Shown here piece by piece: positions 40,651 through 41,143 of a stretch of 41,143 bases of DNA. The stretch spans positions 234,709 through 275,851 of the forward strand of contig PS015032.1 of assembly GCA_048213135.1 (NCBI GenBank), in the 5' to 3' direction. The DNA is from Reclinomonas americana ATCC 50394 (Eukaryota). The notes under the pieces were generated by a model. That model was not told the origin of the DNA. It saw only the letters and a list, made by a program, of their open reading frames with translations, and ran no database searches. Positions within the stretch are counted from its first letter, which is position 1, and each line of letters starts with the position of its first letter. The translations under genes were made by a program, and so were the position numbers.

Positions 40651-40955
40651 ATGACCGACGGCGACGAAGCAGTGCATCGGTTGCAGCTGAAAGTGGCGGA
40701 GCTGGAGACTCTTCTCGAGGAGATCGAGGCGGTGCAGGCGAGCAAGGTGTGTATGAATGAGTGAATGTGTGTGTGTGCAAAGTTCCGAGTGTCACACTCA
40801 CTCACTCGGATCTCGTGCATGTGCAGATGCGCGAGTTGCAGCAAGAGAATGCAGAGTTGCGAGCTCAGGTGGCGGAGAGTGCAGTGGAGGCGAAGAAGAC
40901 CGAGTTCCGCATCGGTCACTTGGTGCGGGCGTTGCATACGGCACAACATCGTTGA
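40651..40955 (+). CDS. Small two-exon coiled-coil protein, 74 aa (exons 40651-40746 and 40827-40955)
   Basis: MTDGDEAVHRLQLKVAELETLLEEIEAVQASK/MRELQQENAELRAQVAESAVEAKKTEFRIGHLVRALHTAQHR*. The intron is AAG|GTGTGT...GTGCAG (80 nt, phase 0), and the protein shows a heptad pattern. Confidence 0.7.
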
Positions 40956-41143
40956 ATGCACTTGATACTTTTTTGTTCTTTTTCGCGACAAAACATGACG
41001 GTGTACTTCGCAAGAAGGAGGGAGAAAGAGAAAAGAAAGCAGTGTGGGCGCTTTGCAACACATAATGGCCTCACAGGAACAAGGGCGATGGTGACGAACA
41101 AGCAGGCGTAAAACATGCAGCTCCCCCCACTGCCTCCGCGAAT

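Noticed and set aside
40916-41143. Possible 3' end of a minus-strand gene at the window edge (MFYACLFVTIALVP...)
   Set aside because: Too little sequence; the frame and splice sites cannot be established.

Overview
This is an intron-dense eukaryotic (protist-like) draft-genome window with many N gaps and microsatellites. By hand-splicing I reconstruct these genes: the terminal exon of an upstream gene, an intronless F-box-like/Zn-finger/XPA-C-like gene (+), CHMP5/Vps60 (-), eIF5B (-), a bacterial-type PfkB kinase (-), a C2-domain Tyr/Ala/Pro/Gln-repeat protein (+), Nup133 (-), the TSET subunit TSAUCER/TASH3 (+, with one internal contig inverted between gaps) and a small coiled-coil protein (+). 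The main result is a second, abundant class of 5' splice site. In 21 of the 79 donors I could place, the normal donor carries an extra T (GTTGCGT, GTTTCGT, GTTGAGT, GTTATGT, GTTGTGT), putting the conserved G at +6 instead of +5. This form is used almost only when the exon does not end in G (20/25 versus 1/54). A second pattern is C-rich tracts on the left (+ strand) edge of exon blocks regardless of gene orientation. All gene models and counts are manual and have no transcript support.
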